From assembly GCA_963842945.1 (NCBI GenBank), contig CAWJIM010000023.1, positions 256,001-320,000 on the forward strand: DNA of 64,000 bases, read 5' to 3'. The translations under genes were made by a program, and so were the position numbers. The stretch comes from an uncultured Gemmatimonadales bacterium. GTDB taxonomy: Bacteria; Gemmatimonadota; Gemmatimonadetes; Gemmatimonadales; GWC2-71-9. This document shows positions 22,011 through 31,677 of this stretch, one piece after another. Under the pieces are notes generated by a model, which did no database searches, was not told the DNA's origin, and worked only from the letters and a program-made list of their open reading frames with translations. Numbering within the stretch: the first letter of the stretch is position 1; the number at the start of each line of letters is the position of its first letter.

Positions 22011-22580
22011 ATGGGAAACCCGGTGGAAACGTCCGACGACGGAGAGATGACGAACGACTACGAGGTGCGCGGTTGGCTGGTTCGGCTGACCAACACTCGA
22101 CCCGACATCGATAGCCGTGAGGTTCTCGACCGCCTGGGCAAGGCACTCGACCTGATTGCCGTTCACGCACCGCGGCGATTTCGTCGGCTGCGGCAGGATA
22201 TACAGGGCTTCGTCGTCCGTCGCTTTCCCTGCCGCGGGGCATTCTTTCCACAAACCGGAGAGTGCCTGGTGGAGCTAACCTTTACGGTGAATCCCCGCCA
22301 CACGCTCGTGGAGATCGCCGCCTCCATCGTACACGAGGCCACCCATGCCCGGATTGCCGCCCGCTGTGGTCCGCTTCCCCAGTCCGATCGTGCCCGGGAA
22401 GAGCGGCTATGCCGGCAGGCCGAGCTGGAGTTCGGACTCGCGATGCCGGACGGCGCCACGGTGGTAGAACGAGCCCGACACGCCCTGAGCATGACCGACC
22501 GGGACGTCGCACCAGAGGTAGACTGGACGGAAGCCGCCCGCCGGGTAGCGGCGGCAGATGCGGAAGGCGGACCTGGCTAG
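22011..22580 (+). CDS. Hypothetical protein with HExxH zincin-like motif
   Basis: SIVHEATHARI...EERLC; GGAGG RBS. Confidence 0.6.
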   Translation: MGNPVETSDDGEMTNDYEVRGWLVRLTNTRPDIDSREVLDRLGKALDLIAVHAPRRFRRLRQDIQGFVVRRFPCRGAFFPQTGECLVELTFTVNPRHTLVEIAASIVHEATHARIAARCGPLPQSDRAREERLCRQAELEFGLAMPDGATVVERARHALSMTDRDVAPEVDWTEAARRVAAADAEGGPG

Positions 22581-24196
22581 TCGCTGAAGCTCACCGCCGC
22601 TTCAGGCTGGAGCCGGGATCCCCACCACAACCTGGCATGCTCGCGGCTCCACTCCTCCCCTACCTCGCACTCCGTCAGGAGATCGGCTAGTTCTCGCGCC
22701 GTCGCAGGCCGGTCCTCCGGCTGCTTGGCCAGGCAGGCAAGCACGATCTCATCCAGCCTCCGCGGGATGCTGAACAAACTGTAGAGCGAGGGCGGCTCAG
22801 GTGGGGTATGGATGTGCCGCGCCATCACCTGAACTGCGCCCTGTCCCTCGAACACATACCGTCCGGTGAGCATCCAGTAGGCCACACATCCGAGCGCATA
22901 GATGTCGGTCCGCTGGTCCACCGTCTCTCCCAGGGCACTTTCGGGTGACAGATACGCTGGTGTGCCGGACACCATGTTCGGCGCGGTGAGTCCAGCGTCC
23001 ACAGTCGCGTCGCCCACTGCGCTCTTGACCAGGCCGAAATCCAGCACCTTCACGAAGTCGTAGTAATGCCCCAGGCAGCAAACCTGAATGTTGGCCGGTT
23101 TGATGTCCCGATGAATCAGCCCACGCTCGTGGGCTTCGGCCAGGGACTCGCAGATCTGTTGCAGAATGTGAACGGTCCGGGCGGGGGGGAGCGGACCGTA
23201 CTCCTCTACCAGCGTTTGCAGATCCATTCCATTGAGCAGTTCCATCACGTAATAGAACGTGCCGTCCCCGGCTACCCCGAAGTCGTACAGCTGAATGGTG
23301 TGGGGGGAACGGAGATTCGCGGCAGCCCGAGCCTCGCGCCGAAACCGTTCCACCAGTACGTCGGCCTGGACCTTGGTTACTGCGGTCAGCACTTCAGGTT
23401 TGATCAGCTTGATGGCTGCCGGGCGGGCCAGGAAGCGATGAGTCGCTTCCCAGACCTCGCCCATGCCGCCTCGTCCGATCAGATCCTTCAGCACATAGCT
23501 TCCCATCTCCCGCGCCTTGCGCACCTCTCTACCCAGCCTGGTAATGATATGCGAGATGACCGGCGCTAACGCTGCACAGAGATAGTTCGGCACCGCCAGG
23601 ATGAATACCGCAGGTATGCTCGGGGTCTCGACTCCCTGTGCCCGCCAGAACATGGCCGCCAGCGGGTCCATCGAGGCGGCCGTCAGCGCGGCAAGAAGCG
23701 ACTTCCAGGGGGCGCTGGGGATGACCGAGGGGAAAAGAAGAATGATGACAGCTATCCAGGAGACCCCGGCTGGGGTTCCCACCGCGTAGTCCAGGAGTCC
23801 GATCGAAAGCGCGATGAGGACCTCGTACACCAGGGCGAGGTCGAGCAGAAATCGCGCGCTCCGCCTGCTCCGGCGAGTGTACCAGAAGAGCGCGATGGAC
23901 AGGAGGAAGGTCGCCCCCCCCACCAGATCGAACACCGGGACCCACTCGGCATGCCGGGCCAGCTGCTCGTCTTGCAGCGTACCGGGCATGGGGTGGAGGA
24001 AGTGTACCAGCAGGAAGTTGGCGGCCCAGAGCGCAGCGGTGGCGAGACAGACGATCGCCAGCCGGTGAGCCGCTTCGTTGAGAAGGTCGTCAGGAAGCGT
24101 CGACCGGCCGGTGGAAACCCCCACGCTGGGAGGGTCTCCGGTATTCGTACTGAGCAGCCGCGAATCGGGAGCTGGAAGTCGGGCGGCGGGCGTCAT
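22577..24196 (-). CDS. Hanks-type Ser/Thr protein kinase with N-terminal multi-TM region
   Basis: IGRGGMGEV, AAIKLI, HRDIKPAN, VLDFGL, GTPAYLSPE, DIYALG. Confidence 0.95.
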   Translation of the reverse strand: MTPAARLPAPDSRLLSTNTGDPPSVGVSTGRSTLPDDLLNEAAHRLAIVCLATAALWAANFLLVHFLHPMPGTLQDEQLARHAEWVPVFDLVGGATFLLSIALFWYTRRSRRSARFLLDLALVYEVLIALSIGLLDYAVGTPAGVSWIAVIILLFPSVIPSAPWKSLLAALTAASMDPLAAMFWRAQGVETPSIPAVFILAVPNYLCAALAPVISHIITRLGREVRKAREMGSYVLKDLIGRGGMGEVWEATHRFLARPAAIKLIKPEVLTAVTKVQADVLVERFRREARAAANLRSPHTIQLYDFGVAGDGTFYYVMELLNGMDLQTLVEEYGPLPPARTVHILQQICESLAEAHERGLIHRDIKPANIQVCCLGHYYDFVKVLDFGLVKSAVGDATVDAGLTAPNMVSGTPAYLSPESALGETVDQRTDIYALGCVAYWMLTGRYVFEGQGAVQVMARHIHTPPEPPSLYSLFSIPRRLDEIVLACLAKQPEDRPATARELADLLTECEVGEEWSREHARLWWGSRLQPEAAVSFSD

Positions 24197-24266
24197 ATCC
24201 GGAAGTAAGGGTCTTCAGAAAGGCTAGACTCTCACCGTCGGGATTGCCAGCCCGCAACCAAGATCC

Positions 24267-24746
24267 TTAGAGAGGAGGTCGGCCTCCGGGTGGCGGGCCA
24301 CCCGGGTCAAGAGGACCTTCTCCAGGCGGTGGCCCGGGCGGGCGCGGGTGCTTCCGCCGGATCTCCTCCGCCTTCTTCCGTTGCTCCGGTGTAAGCACCG
24401 AGTCGAGCTGTCGTCGAGTGCGGCTGATGATCGAGTCCAGCTGGGGCTGGACTTGGTGCCGAATGGTCCGCAGCTCGCGGCCCCGGCGTTCCATGATCGA
24501 ATCGATTCGCGTCTGTTGCTCGGCGCTGAGGCCAAGCTCGCGAGCAAACCGATTTCGGAACTCGCGATCCCGCGGTCCGTGCGGCCCTGGTCCATGCTCG
24601 AACCGATGTCCCTCGAATTTCCGGGGCAGCAACACCCGGCGATCGATGGCAACTCCCGCCAGTCCCCCTGCCACGGCCACCAGCAGGAGTACCAGGACCG
24701 CGAGCAGTCTTCCACCCGGGCGCCACGGTGAGGGGGGGTTGGTCAT
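24267..24746 (-). CDS. Membrane-anchored Spy/CpxP-like (LTxxQ) periplasmic protein
   Basis: TM helix, ELGLSAEQQTRIDSI, VLTPEQRKK; ATGA-coupled to the upstream gene. Confidence 0.7.
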   Translation of the reverse strand: MTNPPSPWRPGGRLLAVLVLLLVAVAGGLAGVAIDRRVLLPRKFEGHRFEHGPGPHGPRDREFRNRFARELGLSAEQQTRIDSIMERRGRELRTIRHQVQPQLDSIISRTRRQLDSVLTPEQRKKAEEIRRKHPRPPGPPPGEGPLDPGGPPPGGRPPL

Positions 24747-25153
24747 TGAGCGACCGCCTGTTCGAAGAGCCAGTCACCGCTCTCCGGCGCCACCACGTGA
24801 GCCGACAGCTGACCTGCGTCCGACTCCTCTGAGTAGGCCGCGGCAAGGAGTGTGCTGTCCGCCAGGGTTTCCGTGGCGTAATCGGTAAAGCGTGAGACCT
24901 CCTCGGCCGCAGGCAGAATCAAGCCGGCGGCCAAGGAAGCCGCGAGGCCGAGCGGAATTGCGACCGGCATCCATCGAGTGACCCACTCCCACCAGTGGTG
25001 GCTGGGCGAGCGCAGGGCATTCAACTGCGGAGTGGCTGAGGCAAGGATTCGCTGATGCAGGTCGGCATCGTCCTGCCGGGAGACCCGCTCCAGCTTCCGC
25101 AGGGCATCACCCAGCTCAGGGTCTCGCCGGGGCTCTTGGAAAAGCCACTTCAT
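24743..25153 (-). CDS. Putative single-pass anti-sigma factor
   Basis: ATGA-coupled downstream of an ECF sigma; one TM (PLGLAASLAAGLIL). Confidence 0.65.
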   Translation of the reverse strand: MKWLFQEPRRDPELGDALRKLERVSRQDDADLHQRILASATPQLNALRSPSHHWWEWVTRWMPVAIPLGLAASLAAGLILPAAEEVSRFTDYATETLADSTLLAAAYSEESDAGQLSAHVVAPESGDWLFEQAVAQ

Positions 25154-25728
25154 TCAACCCACCCTTTTAGCGCCTCTCGCAGCGTACGCCGAGCCTGGTG
25201 GAGGTGCCACCGAATCGTTACCTGACTCACATTCAGCATGCCCGCAATCTCCTCGGTTGAGCGCCCGTCGATTTCGAATAGTGTCACGATCAATCGTTGC
25301 CGGTCAGGCAGGGATTCCAGGGCCTCGCTCAAAGAGCTTCGGAGCTCGGAGCGTTCCGCCTCCCGGTCCGGCCTGGTCCCGCCGGGGATGGCCTCAGGGT
25401 CGTGAGACTCGGTCCGGCGTACCAACTGCTTGCGGTGCTGGTCGCGCCCCAAATTGACCAGCAGGCGAGTGAACCAGGGTTCGAACGACCGAGAGGGGTC
25501 GAAGGTACCGATGCGTTCGAGGGCTCTCAAGAACGCGTCCTGCACCAGATCGTCGGCGTCGTCGGGATCCTGCATCAGGCGCTTCGCAATCAGGCGCGCC
25601 CGGGGTAGATGCCGCCTTACCAGCAGATCGAAGGCCGACCGGTCGCCCGCCTGGACTCGGACGATCAGACCGCGTTCGTCGTTGACGTCGGTGGCCTTAG
25701 GCAGGGCGACCGCCAACACCTGTTCCAT
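25150..25728 (-). CDS. ECF RNA polymerase sigma-70 factor
   Basis: GDRSAFDLLV, DADDLVQDAFLRA, LESLPDRQR, EEIAGML...TIRWHLHQARRTLR. Confidence 0.92.
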   Translation of the reverse strand: MEQVLAVALPKATDVNDERGLIVRVQAGDRSAFDLLVRRHLPRARLIAKRLMQDPDDADDLVQDAFLRALERIGTFDPSRSFEPWFTRLLVNLGRDQHRKQLVRRTESHDPEAIPGGTRPDREAERSELRSSLSEALESLPDRQRLIVTLFEIDGRSTEEIAGMLNVSQVTIRWHLHQARRTLREALKGWVE

Positions 25729-25989
25729 GTTCAGGCCGCTCTCCCGGCCCAGGCGAACCTAGCGATGACAATCTCCTGGTCCAGGCGGCCACAGGCCCGG
25801 GTTGGGGTGGTTCAGGCGCGCTCAACTCCATATACGGGTGCCACTCATGGGTGTTGGGCAGAGTCCCGCCCAACGTTCGGCGTCCCCGCCGCGTAAACCT
25901 CCCTGAAGTCGAAATGAGCAGTCCATGACCTTCAGTTTGCCCCGGCCCGAAAAGCCCAGCAACTGGAGGAACCTCAACTGGAGTCCGAC

Positions 25990-26559
25990 ATGTCTCGCCC
26001 TTCATCTACCGCCCCCTCCGCCCCGCAGCGTCTGGCCCGGGTGCTGGCCACCCTCCCCCTGTTGCTTGGTCTCAGCGCCGGAGTGGCCCAGGCTCAGGGT
26101 GGCTCCGATCCCGCGGGCGACCATGCACATCCGCCTCATCAGCATATGCAGCGTTCGGCTGCCCTGGACGGCCCTCCCGCGCCGGCCGTCCTGCGAGATT
26201 CCATTCAGCTGAGTGGCAAGGCGCTACAGCAGTATACCCAGCGGTATGAGAGCCACATGTCGGGAACCAAAGCCAGCCGCGACAGCCTCCGGGCCGGCAT
26301 GCAGGTCGTCCGCTCGGCACTCGAGAAGGGGGACCGTTCCGAAGCTCAATCCCGGCGGGAAGGGCTGGAGAAGCAATGGAAACAACTGGCCGATCAAGAC
26401 AACAAGTTCGAGGCCGGTCTCAAGGACATCCTGACGAAGGACCAGCAAACCCGTTACCAGCAGTTGCAGGAGAATCGGAAACAGCAAGCGCGGGACCAGT
26501 GGCGGCATCATCATGGCGACTATCGCCCGCCGGCTGACTCGTCCGCACAGACCAGGTGA
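25990..26559 (+). CDS. Exported Spy/CpxP-like helical protein
   Basis: Signal peptide ending AQA, ILTKDQQTRY (LTxxQ), His-rich ends; GGAG RBS. Confidence 0.65.
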   Translation: MSRPSSTAPSAPQRLARVLATLPLLLGLSAGVAQAQGGSDPAGDHAHPPHQHMQRSAALDGPPAPAVLRDSIQLSGKALQQYTQRYESHMSGTKASRDSLRAGMQVVRSALEKGDRSEAQSRREGLEKQWKQLADQDNKFEAGLKDILTKDQQTRYQQLQENRKQQARDQWRHHHGDYRPPADSSAQTR

Positions 26560-27302
26560 GCGAGACAATGGATCTCGATGACATTCCAGTTGGCCGGGTT
26601 GTGACCCGAAGGGAGGCCCTGGCATTTCTCGGAGCCACCGGAGCCCTCCTGTTCTTTGGCTGCTCAGATTCAACAGCCAGCAGCAACGGCAGTGACGGCA
26701 ACTCGTCCTGCCTGGTGCGGCCGGAGCTGACCGAGGGGCCCTACTATGTTGACGAGGAGCTGAACCGGTCTGACATCCGAAGCGACCCCAGCACGGGAGT
26801 GGTGAAGGCCGGAGCGCTGCTGGCCCTCACCTTTAACGTCACCAGAGCCACATCGTCCGCCTGTGAGCCGCTGGCGAATGCCATTGTCGATGTATGGCAC
26901 TGCGACGCGCTTGGCGTCTACTCGGATGTCAGCGATCCCGGGTTCAATACCGCTGGCCAGAAGTTCCTCCGGGGCTACCAGGTGACCGGCGCCGATGGGG
27001 CCGCACAATTCACAACGATCTACCCGGGCTGGTATCAGGGTCGAGCGGTGCACATCCACTTCAAGATTCGATCTTCGACTTCAGCGGCGGCAGCTTACGA
27101 ATTCATCTCGCAGCTGTTCTTCGACGACGCGCTCACCGATCAGGTGCATGCCCAGCAGCCCTACGCAGCCAAGGGCCAGAGGAATCTGAGGAATTCGGGG
27201 GATGGGATTTACAATCAGGGTGGATCACAGCTGGTCCTCAACGTAACTCCGACCGGCGATGGCTACGCCGCGACGTTCGACATCGCGCTGGATAATGCCT
27301 AG
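26556..27302 (+). CDS. Intradiol ring-cleavage dioxygenase-like protein with Tat/lipoprotein signal
   Basis: TRREALAFLG...FGC signal; TEGPYY, VWHCDALGVYS, LRGYQ, YPGWYQGRAVHIHFK. Confidence 0.88.
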   Translation: MSETMDLDDIPVGRVVTRREALAFLGATGALLFFGCSDSTASSNGSDGNSSCLVRPELTEGPYYVDEELNRSDIRSDPSTGVVKAGALLALTFNVTRATSSACEPLANAIVDVWHCDALGVYSDVSDPGFNTAGQKFLRGYQVTGADGAAQFTTIYPGWYQGRAVHIHFKIRSSTSAAAAYEFISQLFFDDALTDQVHAQQPYAAKGQRNLRNSGDGIYNQGGSQLVLNVTPTGDGYAATFDIALDNA

Positions 27303-27315
27303 GACAAAGCCAAAC

Positions 27316-27335
27316 GCCCCGCCGACAGGCGGGGC
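27316..27335. terminator. Hairpin between convergent genes
   Basis: GCCCCGCC-GACA-GGCGGGGC just after the dioxygenase stop; weak U tract. Confidence 0.55.
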
Positions 27336-27422
27336 TTCACGTCTCTGGCGTCAACGCCCGGCAGCCTCGGTTCCCCCTGCTGATGCGCCTCGACGAACCA
27401 CAGCCACTTGTCGACCATCGAA

Positions 27423-28187
27423 TCAACTCCTGCTGGTTATGGATCTCTCTTCACCTCGCCTCAGCACCAGGTGCTCGGGAGAGGAGAGTCCCCGGTCTAC
27501 TTCGAAACCAAGGTCCCTCAACTGCACTCGGACGCGGTCAGTCCCATCGGGCCCAATCACCCGATCGTGCAGCTCGAGTACGATTTTGGTGACCGTGGGC
27601 AGCTCAGCCCCGTCGAAGAGCTCGCGCTCAGCCCCCTCGGCGTCGATGACGAGGAGTGTGGGCCGAACCTTGTCCACCAGATAATTCAGCGCCTTCCCGG
27701 GAACCTCCACCGGCTGCACCCCGGCTCTGCGCCGCACTACCGAGGATGAGATCAGGTGTTTGTCTCGATACAACGTTACCCGACCCGCTCGGGAGCCCAC
27801 TGCACACATCTCCAGCGTAGGCTCAACCCCGTTCAAGAGATAGGTCTCGCGAATACAGGGCTCCAGCTCGGGATCCGCTTCCGCCGCAAAGACACGAGGG
27901 GACCCGATTCGCTGGGCGCAGTAGGTCGAGACCAGACCCAAACCAGCGCCTACCTCCAGGACCACATCGGTGGGGGATAGAACAGCTCCAATCAGCCGGA
28001 GCTCTTCTTGCTCGTAGCTGCCCTTGGAGAGCGCCTGTTCGACCCGCCGTGACATGTGACGTCCCAGCCGGATACGAACCCCTTCAACGGTGAGGATGGG
28101 GCGGCGGCTTACGCGGTATTGGTAGGCCAGCCAGGTGGAAAGCTTCCGGAGGGTTCTCCGGCTCCAGGAGCGGGAATGGGTCGGCAT
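27423..28187 (-). CDS. FkbM family methyltransferase
   Basis: VLEVGAGLG, AAEADP, VIDAEGAE, VLELH. Confidence 0.85.
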   Translation of the reverse strand: MPTHSRSWSRRTLRKLSTWLAYQYRVSRRPILTVEGVRIRLGRHMSRRVEQALSKGSYEQEELRLIGAVLSPTDVVLEVGAGLGLVSTYCAQRIGSPRVFAAEADPELEPCIRETYLLNGVEPTLEMCAVGSRAGRVTLYRDKHLISSSVVRRRAGVQPVEVPGKALNYLVDKVRPTLLVIDAEGAERELFDGAELPTVTKIVLELHDRVIGPDGTDRVRVQLRDLGFEVDRGLSSPEHLVLRRGEERSITSRS

Positions 28188-28237
28188 TGCAACCGATCAA
28201 TTTAGCCCGTCTTTTCTGCCGGTCGACCTTGATGGGA

Positions 28238-28435
28238 TCAGGCAGCCCTCCGGTGCGGTATCCACACCAGGGGGAGCAGCGGGCGGACAATCCGTGGGAT
28301 CAGCAGCGCCGGCAGCTGACGTGAGGCCTCGAAATCCTCGATGCCCTCCCGCTCCTCCTCGGGTACATCGGTCCATCCGTTATAATCGCAGCTGAACACT
28401 TGTCGCTCCACTTCCTTGCCTGGCAGTGATACCAA
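28238..28435 (-). CDS. Possible small hypothetical protein
   Basis: 65-aa ORF filling the gap upstream of the FkbM gene; no motif recognised. Confidence 0.3.
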   Translation of the reverse strand: MVSLPGKEVERQVFSCDYNGWTDVPEEEREGIEDFEASRQLPALLIPRIVRPLLPLVWIPHRRAA

Positions 28436-28623
28436 TCAACCTACCCCGCTGCCGCCCACGTACTCGGACCGAAACCGGGCACCTGGTGGCGCTTTCCCGC
28501 CCCAGGATAATCCGGCCCCCTGCGCCAAGATGTGTTGACACGGAGTGAAGAGATTGCATCCTTGGAAGCACCGTCCGCCCGCGACGGGGTAATCCATCCA
28601 ACTATCCTTTTTCGGAATCTCCT

Positions 28624-28833
28624 ATGTCAGATCATGTGTACAAGACGATCGAACTGGTGGGATCCTCGAGCAGAGGCATGGAAGACGCGGTTCAGAAGGC
28701 GGTGGGAAAAGCAGCCGAGACAGTTCGTAACCTTCGGTGGTTCGAGGTTCTGGATACGCGCGGTCACATCGAAGGGGCTCGCGTGGCCCATTGGCAGGTC
28801 ACGCTCAAGATCGGCTTCACGCTCGAGGAATGA
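28624..28833 (+). CDS. Dodecin (flavin-binding)
   Basis: [30 protein letters not shown]. Confidence 0.95.
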   Translation: MSDHVYKTIELVGSSSRGMEDAVQKAVGKAAETVRNLRWFEVLDTRGHIEGARVAHWQVTLKIGFTLEE

Positions 28834-28876
28834 TCGAACCCAATCAGCCGGCGGACCGGAGACGAGCTTGCACCCG

Positions 28877-29365
28877 ATGATGAGCGAGGAGATCCGCATC
28901 CGGCGTGGCGCCTCTGAGGACGCCTCCGATCTGGCGCGCCTGCGGTACGCCTTTAGAACCGAGCTCGACCCGGCGGCGGAAAGCGAAACTGCCTTCCTCG
29001 CGCGTTGCACCCCGTGGATGGATGATCGGCTTCGCCCCGGCAGCACCTGGTGCTGCTGGGTTGCTCTATTGGGCCCGTCCATCGTCGGAACTGTCTGGCT
29101 GCAGCGGATCGAAAAGCTTCCCAATCCCGTGGGTCACTCTGGCTTTCACGGTTATGTGAGCAGTGTGTACGTCGTGCCCCGACTCAGAAATGCCGGTATC
29201 GGCTCGGCGCTCCTTGCTGCCTGCGTCACCGAGGCCGAGACTCAGGGGCTCGACGCCCTGTTTCTCTGGCCCACGGATCGCAGCCGTCCGCTGTATGAGC
29301 GGCATGGGTTTGTAGCTCGAGATGACCTGCTGGAGAGGAGGTCCGAAGCTCGAACGACACCTTGA
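28877..29365 (+). CDS. GNAT family N-acetyltransferase
   Basis: SVYVVPRLRNAGIGSALL acetyl-CoA motif, LYERHGF. Confidence 0.88.
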   Translation: MMSEEIRIRRGASEDASDLARLRYAFRTELDPAAESETAFLARCTPWMDDRLRPGSTWCCWVALLGPSIVGTVWLQRIEKLPNPVGHSGFHGYVSSVYVVPRLRNAGIGSALLAACVTEAETQGLDALFLWPTDRSRPLYERHGFVARDDLLERRSEARTTP

Positions 29366-29421
29366 CGTCGATCGCAAGCTGCTGATGTTCGGCAATCTTG
29401 CGATCAAGTAGAGCCAGGATG

Positions 29422-29577
29422 CTACCGTTGTGTCTGCGGCGCGCTGTCTGCCGCCGTCGGGCCGGGCGGAGTTGACGTTCCTCCCCTTAATGCGTAGACG
29501 ACCCAGACGACGATGATCAGGAGGAGAGCCCAGATCCATACCCGCTTCAGGCTCCCCTGGGAAGCAGGCTCAGTCAT
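29422..29577 (-). CDS. Small single-TM protein, 51 aa (not in the ORF track)
   Basis: Manual translation MTEPASQGSLKRVWIWALLLIIVVWVVYALRGGTSTPPGPTAADSAPQTQR; GGAG upstream of ATG. Confidence 0.6.
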   Translation of the reverse strand: MTEPASQGSLKRVWIWALLLIIVVWVVYALRGGTSTPPGPTAADSAPQTQR

Positions 29578-29632
29578 ATCGATCTCCGGTTGAGAGAGTT
29601 ACCCATCCGCTGGAAGGATACCTCCTAAAATG

Positions 29633-29663
29633 AAAAACGCGCCGGGGACAACCCCGGCGCGTT
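29633..29663 (-). terminator. Rho-independent terminator of the vWA lipoprotein operon
   Basis: 12-bp stem AACGCGCCGGGG/CCCCGGCGCGTT with 4-nt loop, running into TTTTT on the minus strand. Confidence 0.8.
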
Positions 29664-29684
29664 CATCGGCCTGACCCTGCCGGC

Positions 29685-30435
29685 TCAGATCACCTTGCCT
29701 CGCCGGACCCGGAAGTCGACCACGTTCTTCATCCATGACCAGAGCGAATCCTGCTGTTCCGGCCGTCCCGTGGAGACGAAGTGGCGGCGCCAGCCCTCCA
29801 TCACTTCCGCGTCCTGCGTCCAGAGCCGCACCCGCTTGCGGGGCACGTTCTGCTCCCACCGCTGAGCGACCTTTGGCGAAGCATACAGCAAGCGGACCGT
29901 GACGCTCCGAGAGAGATACTCGAGCGGGGTCATGTTGATGCGGCGGTAGAGCTCATCGCCCTTGGCCCCAGGAATGTCGGGAACGCCGTCGGAGAACATC
30001 ACGATGCTGAGCGGCGCCAGGCCCAGATTCTGCCGCTGCACGTGCACCGCTACGCGCTCGAAGAACGCATTGTAGTCGGTGATCGGGTCGTCCTCGGGGA
30101 ACCAGGCCCGAAGACTGGCGGCAATCTGGGAAGGCGACTTCCCGGTCAGATCCTGAATCGGGTGAAAGGTCTTGGCTTCTCCCGGCCGCTGGCCGCCCAT
30201 GGTGCCGATGAAGACGTCCGTGGGCCGGCGCAGGTCCTGGAATCCCTTCATGTGGGCATAGATGTACAGCGCCGCGAAGTCGATGGCATCGTCGAAGTGC
30301 CCGCCTTTGCGGAACGAGCCCGGAGACATCCAGCCCGATGACCAGGGTCGACTTCGGGGGCGGCGCGTTCTTGGGCGGAGCGCACCCAACAATCAGCGCG
30401 CCCAGTGTTGCGGCTACCAGAAAGGAGCGCTTCAT
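29685..30435 (-). CDS. Lipoprotein with vWA-like (MIDAS) domain; frameshift near 30320
   Basis: Signal MKRSFLVAATLGALIVGC; removing one G restores VIGLDVSGSF; also ITDY and VMFSDGVPD. Confidence 0.75.
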
Positions 30436-31677
30436 ACGGCCGCCTGGGGAGCGTTCCCCCGGACGCTTGCGCTCCACGACAGTGGAGTGGCCGCCAGCAC
30501 CTCCTCTAAGCGAGCGGAACGGCAGGGTGAAGATGGGGCCGGCCGAGCAGAACAACCAGCCAGAAGTTGAAGCCGGATGCCAGCAGCTGAAGCACCGGCA
30601 GCGTGAGCAGCTCGAACATCTCGCGGGCTTCGTTCTTGAACCAGTCGACCTCGGCCTTGAGCGCCGCGATCGGGGCCTTCCAGAACTCGGGCTGCCGCGG
30701 CGGAGCCAGGTCGCGTGGACGCCGCTCGCGGCTCAGAGTCTCCCGGGCCAGCACGGCAATGAGGGCCGGGGTGCCGTAGCGGCCGAAGAGGAACCAGGTC
30801 ATGCCGCGGACGCCAAGCCAGCCGGCAAAGGCAACCGCCAGAGTTCCCACGATGCCCAGATTGAACCCTTGCTGGGCCATCCAGGGCGTGATCGCATCCA
30901 CCAGCTCGCGGTAGAGGAACAGCACCTCGAACATCGCCACCACGATCTCGATCACGGTCATCGAGATGATGGTGCCGTACTGCTTGCTCTTGATGGCGTC
31001 GTTCAGCGCCTGGACGCAGGCGAAGCTGCCGCCCACCAGGAAGAAGAGGAACATGTAGAGCAGCGCCGTCAGCATGACCGGGTTCGGCTCGAAACCGGTG
31101 AGGTCGGCCAGCAGCTCGTTCATGGTCGGGCGCAGCGTGAACGTGAAGATGGTGGCTTCGATCGCCGACCAGACGAGCAGCAGAAGGAACGCCAGCCATG
31201 GCACGCCCGGCTTGAAGTAGCGCCGCGAGGTCCAGTCCAGAATGGCAAAGGGAGAGTTCAGCGCGCCCTTGATCGCGTTCCAGACCAGCCGCGCGAAGGC
31301 GCGGATTCCGGCTGCCGATCCAGCCCAGGAGGACGAAGAGGAAACGGCCCATGCCGGCCCAGTAGAACCAGGCCATCCGGCCCACATCCCACCACGACAT
31401 CAGCAGCGCGGTCAGGAAATAGCCACGGCCGGAGCGAAACGGCAGGGTGTAGAGCGAGACCATCGTCGCCCACATGCTCACCAGGAGCACTGCGGCCGGC
31501 AGGAGCAACAGAGTCGCCTTCACTACGGCCAGTCCTGGCGTGCCGTCGAAGACGAAGCCGAATACCAGGCTGCTGAAGGTCCAGGATCCACGACATCCCG
31601 GACCACATCCAGCTCCACAGCTGGGTCAGCATCCAGCTCCACTGCTCCGGTTGGCCCGTAACGAGAGTCGATTGCAT
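30432..31677 (-). CDS. Uncharacterised polytopic membrane protein, several frameshifts
   Basis: Hydrophobic segments continue across ORFs 31258-31761, 30432-31523 and 30506-31387; GGAGG before ATG 31677; stop overlaps the lipoprotein start (ATGA). Confidence 0.7.

Noticed and set aside
28200..28530. Possible tmRNA or other ncRNA (GGGGGCCGGATT start on the minus strand)
   Set aside because: No T-arm/CCA end or matching acceptor stem could be found.
28535..28562. TTGACA-N16-CATCCT promoter for dodecin
   Set aside because: The -35 is perfect but the -10 is weak; not supportable without TSS data.
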